Source: Vulcanimicrobiota bacterium
Lineage (GTDB): Bacteria; Vulcanimicrobiota; Vulcanimicrobiia; Eremiobacterales; Eremiobacteraceae
NCBI GenBank assembly: GCA_963805945.1
Contig: CAWDVP010000002.1
Coordinates: 224,001 to 288,000, forward strand
Direction: 5' to 3'
DNA length: 64,000 nt
Within the stretch, counting starts at the first letter, position 1, and every line of letters starts with the position of its first letter. Positions 63,056-64,000 of this stretch are shown here, piece by piece. A program made the position numbers and the translations under genes. The notes beneath the pieces are model-generated. The model was not told where the DNA came from. It saw nothing but the letters and a program-made list of their open reading frames with translations, and ran no database searches.

Positions 63056-63999
63056 GCGGCGCTGCCGTCGAGACGCGCGACGACGAAGCGCGCGATCTGC
63101 GTGAGCGCGTCAGGCGGGCCGAGCGCCGCGCGCAGCTCTTCGTAGCCGCGCAGCTGCGCCGCGCGCGCGCCCGCATCCGCCAGCAGATGTCTCGTCTGCT
63201 CCACCAGATTGCGCGGCGTGAGATCGGCCTGCAGCAGTTCGGGGATGACGCTGCGGCCGACGATGAGATTCGGCAGCGTCAGCGGCCCGCGCACGAACTG
63301 CGGCACGCGCCGCAACGCGATCCGGTATTGCGTCGCCGTCACCGCGTAGAACGCGATCTGCGGCACCGCGCGCAGCGCCGTCTCCAGCACTGCGGTACCC
63401 GATGCGACCCACGCGAGGTCGGCCGCAAGCGATGCCGTCGCGACGGCATCGCCGCTCACGACGGGAGGCGCGGGCCTGCCGGTCACCCGTTGCCAGAGCT
63501 CGCGTATCTGGCGCGCGCGCGAGTCAGACGAACCGGCGATCGCGAAAGCCGCGCCGCCGGCTTCGGCGAGCTCGTGCGCGGCGGTTGCCAATGCGGGCAA
63601 CAGCAGCGCCACCTCCTCGCGCCGGCTGCCGGGGAAGATGATGATGCGCGCGGCTTCAGGGGCGGCGACGCCGGCCGCCGCCGGCCACTCCGTCGCGCGC
63701 CCGCTGCGCGGCGCGATCGCCGAGACGAGCGGGTGCCCGAAGAACTCGCACGGCAGCCCGAGCCCGCGATAGAAATCGCGCTGACGCGTGAACGGCGACA
63801 GCGGCGTCGCCGCGCTCGTGACGGCGCGCGCCTGCGCCTCGACGTCGAGCCACGCGCCCGGCGGGAAGTAGTACACGATGTCGCCGCGATAGCCGCAGCG
63901 CCGCATGCGCAGGATGAGCCGCATGTTGAACGCGCCGAAGTCGATCGGCAGGACGAGGCGCGGCGGATGCGCGCGCAACGCCGCATCGAAACGCCGCAT
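63052..63999 (-). CDS. lpxB: Lipid-A-disaccharide synthase (5' end outside the window)
   Basis: IDF..FN, YY.PP.AW, GHPL, PGSR.EE, SGTA.LE, LPN and PELLQ motifs. Confidence 0.9.
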   Translation of the reverse strand: MRRFDAALRAHPPRLVLPIDFGAFNMRLILRMRRCGYRGDIVYYFPPGAWLDVEAQARAVTSAATPLSPFTRQRDFYRGLGLPCEFFGHPLVSAIAPRSGRATEWPAAAGVAAPEAARIIIFPGSRREEVALLLPALATAAHELAEAGGAAFAIAGSSDSRARQIRELWQRVTGRPAPPVVSGDAVATASLAADLAWVASGTAVLETALRAVPQIAFYAVTATQYRIALRRVPQFVRGPLTLPNLIVGRSVIPELLQADLTPRNLVEQTRHLLADAGARAAQLRGYEELRAALGPPDALTQIARFVVARLDGSAA

Positions 64000-64000
64000 G

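Overview
GC-rich bacterial chromosomal window of about 60 genes. It is mostly housekeeping: arginase, pit, queG, gdh, ychF, mtnP, holB, tmk, pdxST, pilT, ispE, rne, rodA, minCDDE, recR-ybaB-dnaX, recQ, and an lpxB/lptC/lptB/lptF-G envelope cluster with an SLH-barrel protein. LPS genes plus an SLH-barrel protein and Firmicutes-like gene order suggest a diderm Terrabacteria lineage, possibly Eremiobacterota/Vulcanimicrobiota (inference only). Many essential genes contain single-base frameshifts, most simply long-read assembly errors. The main signals are not in the ORF track. (1) A 53-aa ORF at 37-198 encodes a hydrophobic leader plus three synonymously diverged HxxETLITG repeats. It converges on a multi-TM HD-GYP protein that has lost its metal ligands, making a candidate peptide-signalling module. 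(2) A 25-aa Arg/His-rich uORF with an aromatic tail lies upstream of an Orn/Lys/Arg decarboxylase and is reminiscent of SpeFL. Also notable: two tandem minD paralogs, a RecQ ending in a PcrA/UvrD-type Tudor-like tail, an RNase E/G with a long disordered tail carrying a thrice-repeated motif, a tandem lipoprotein duplication with a shared leader, and two GTAG-type REP families.
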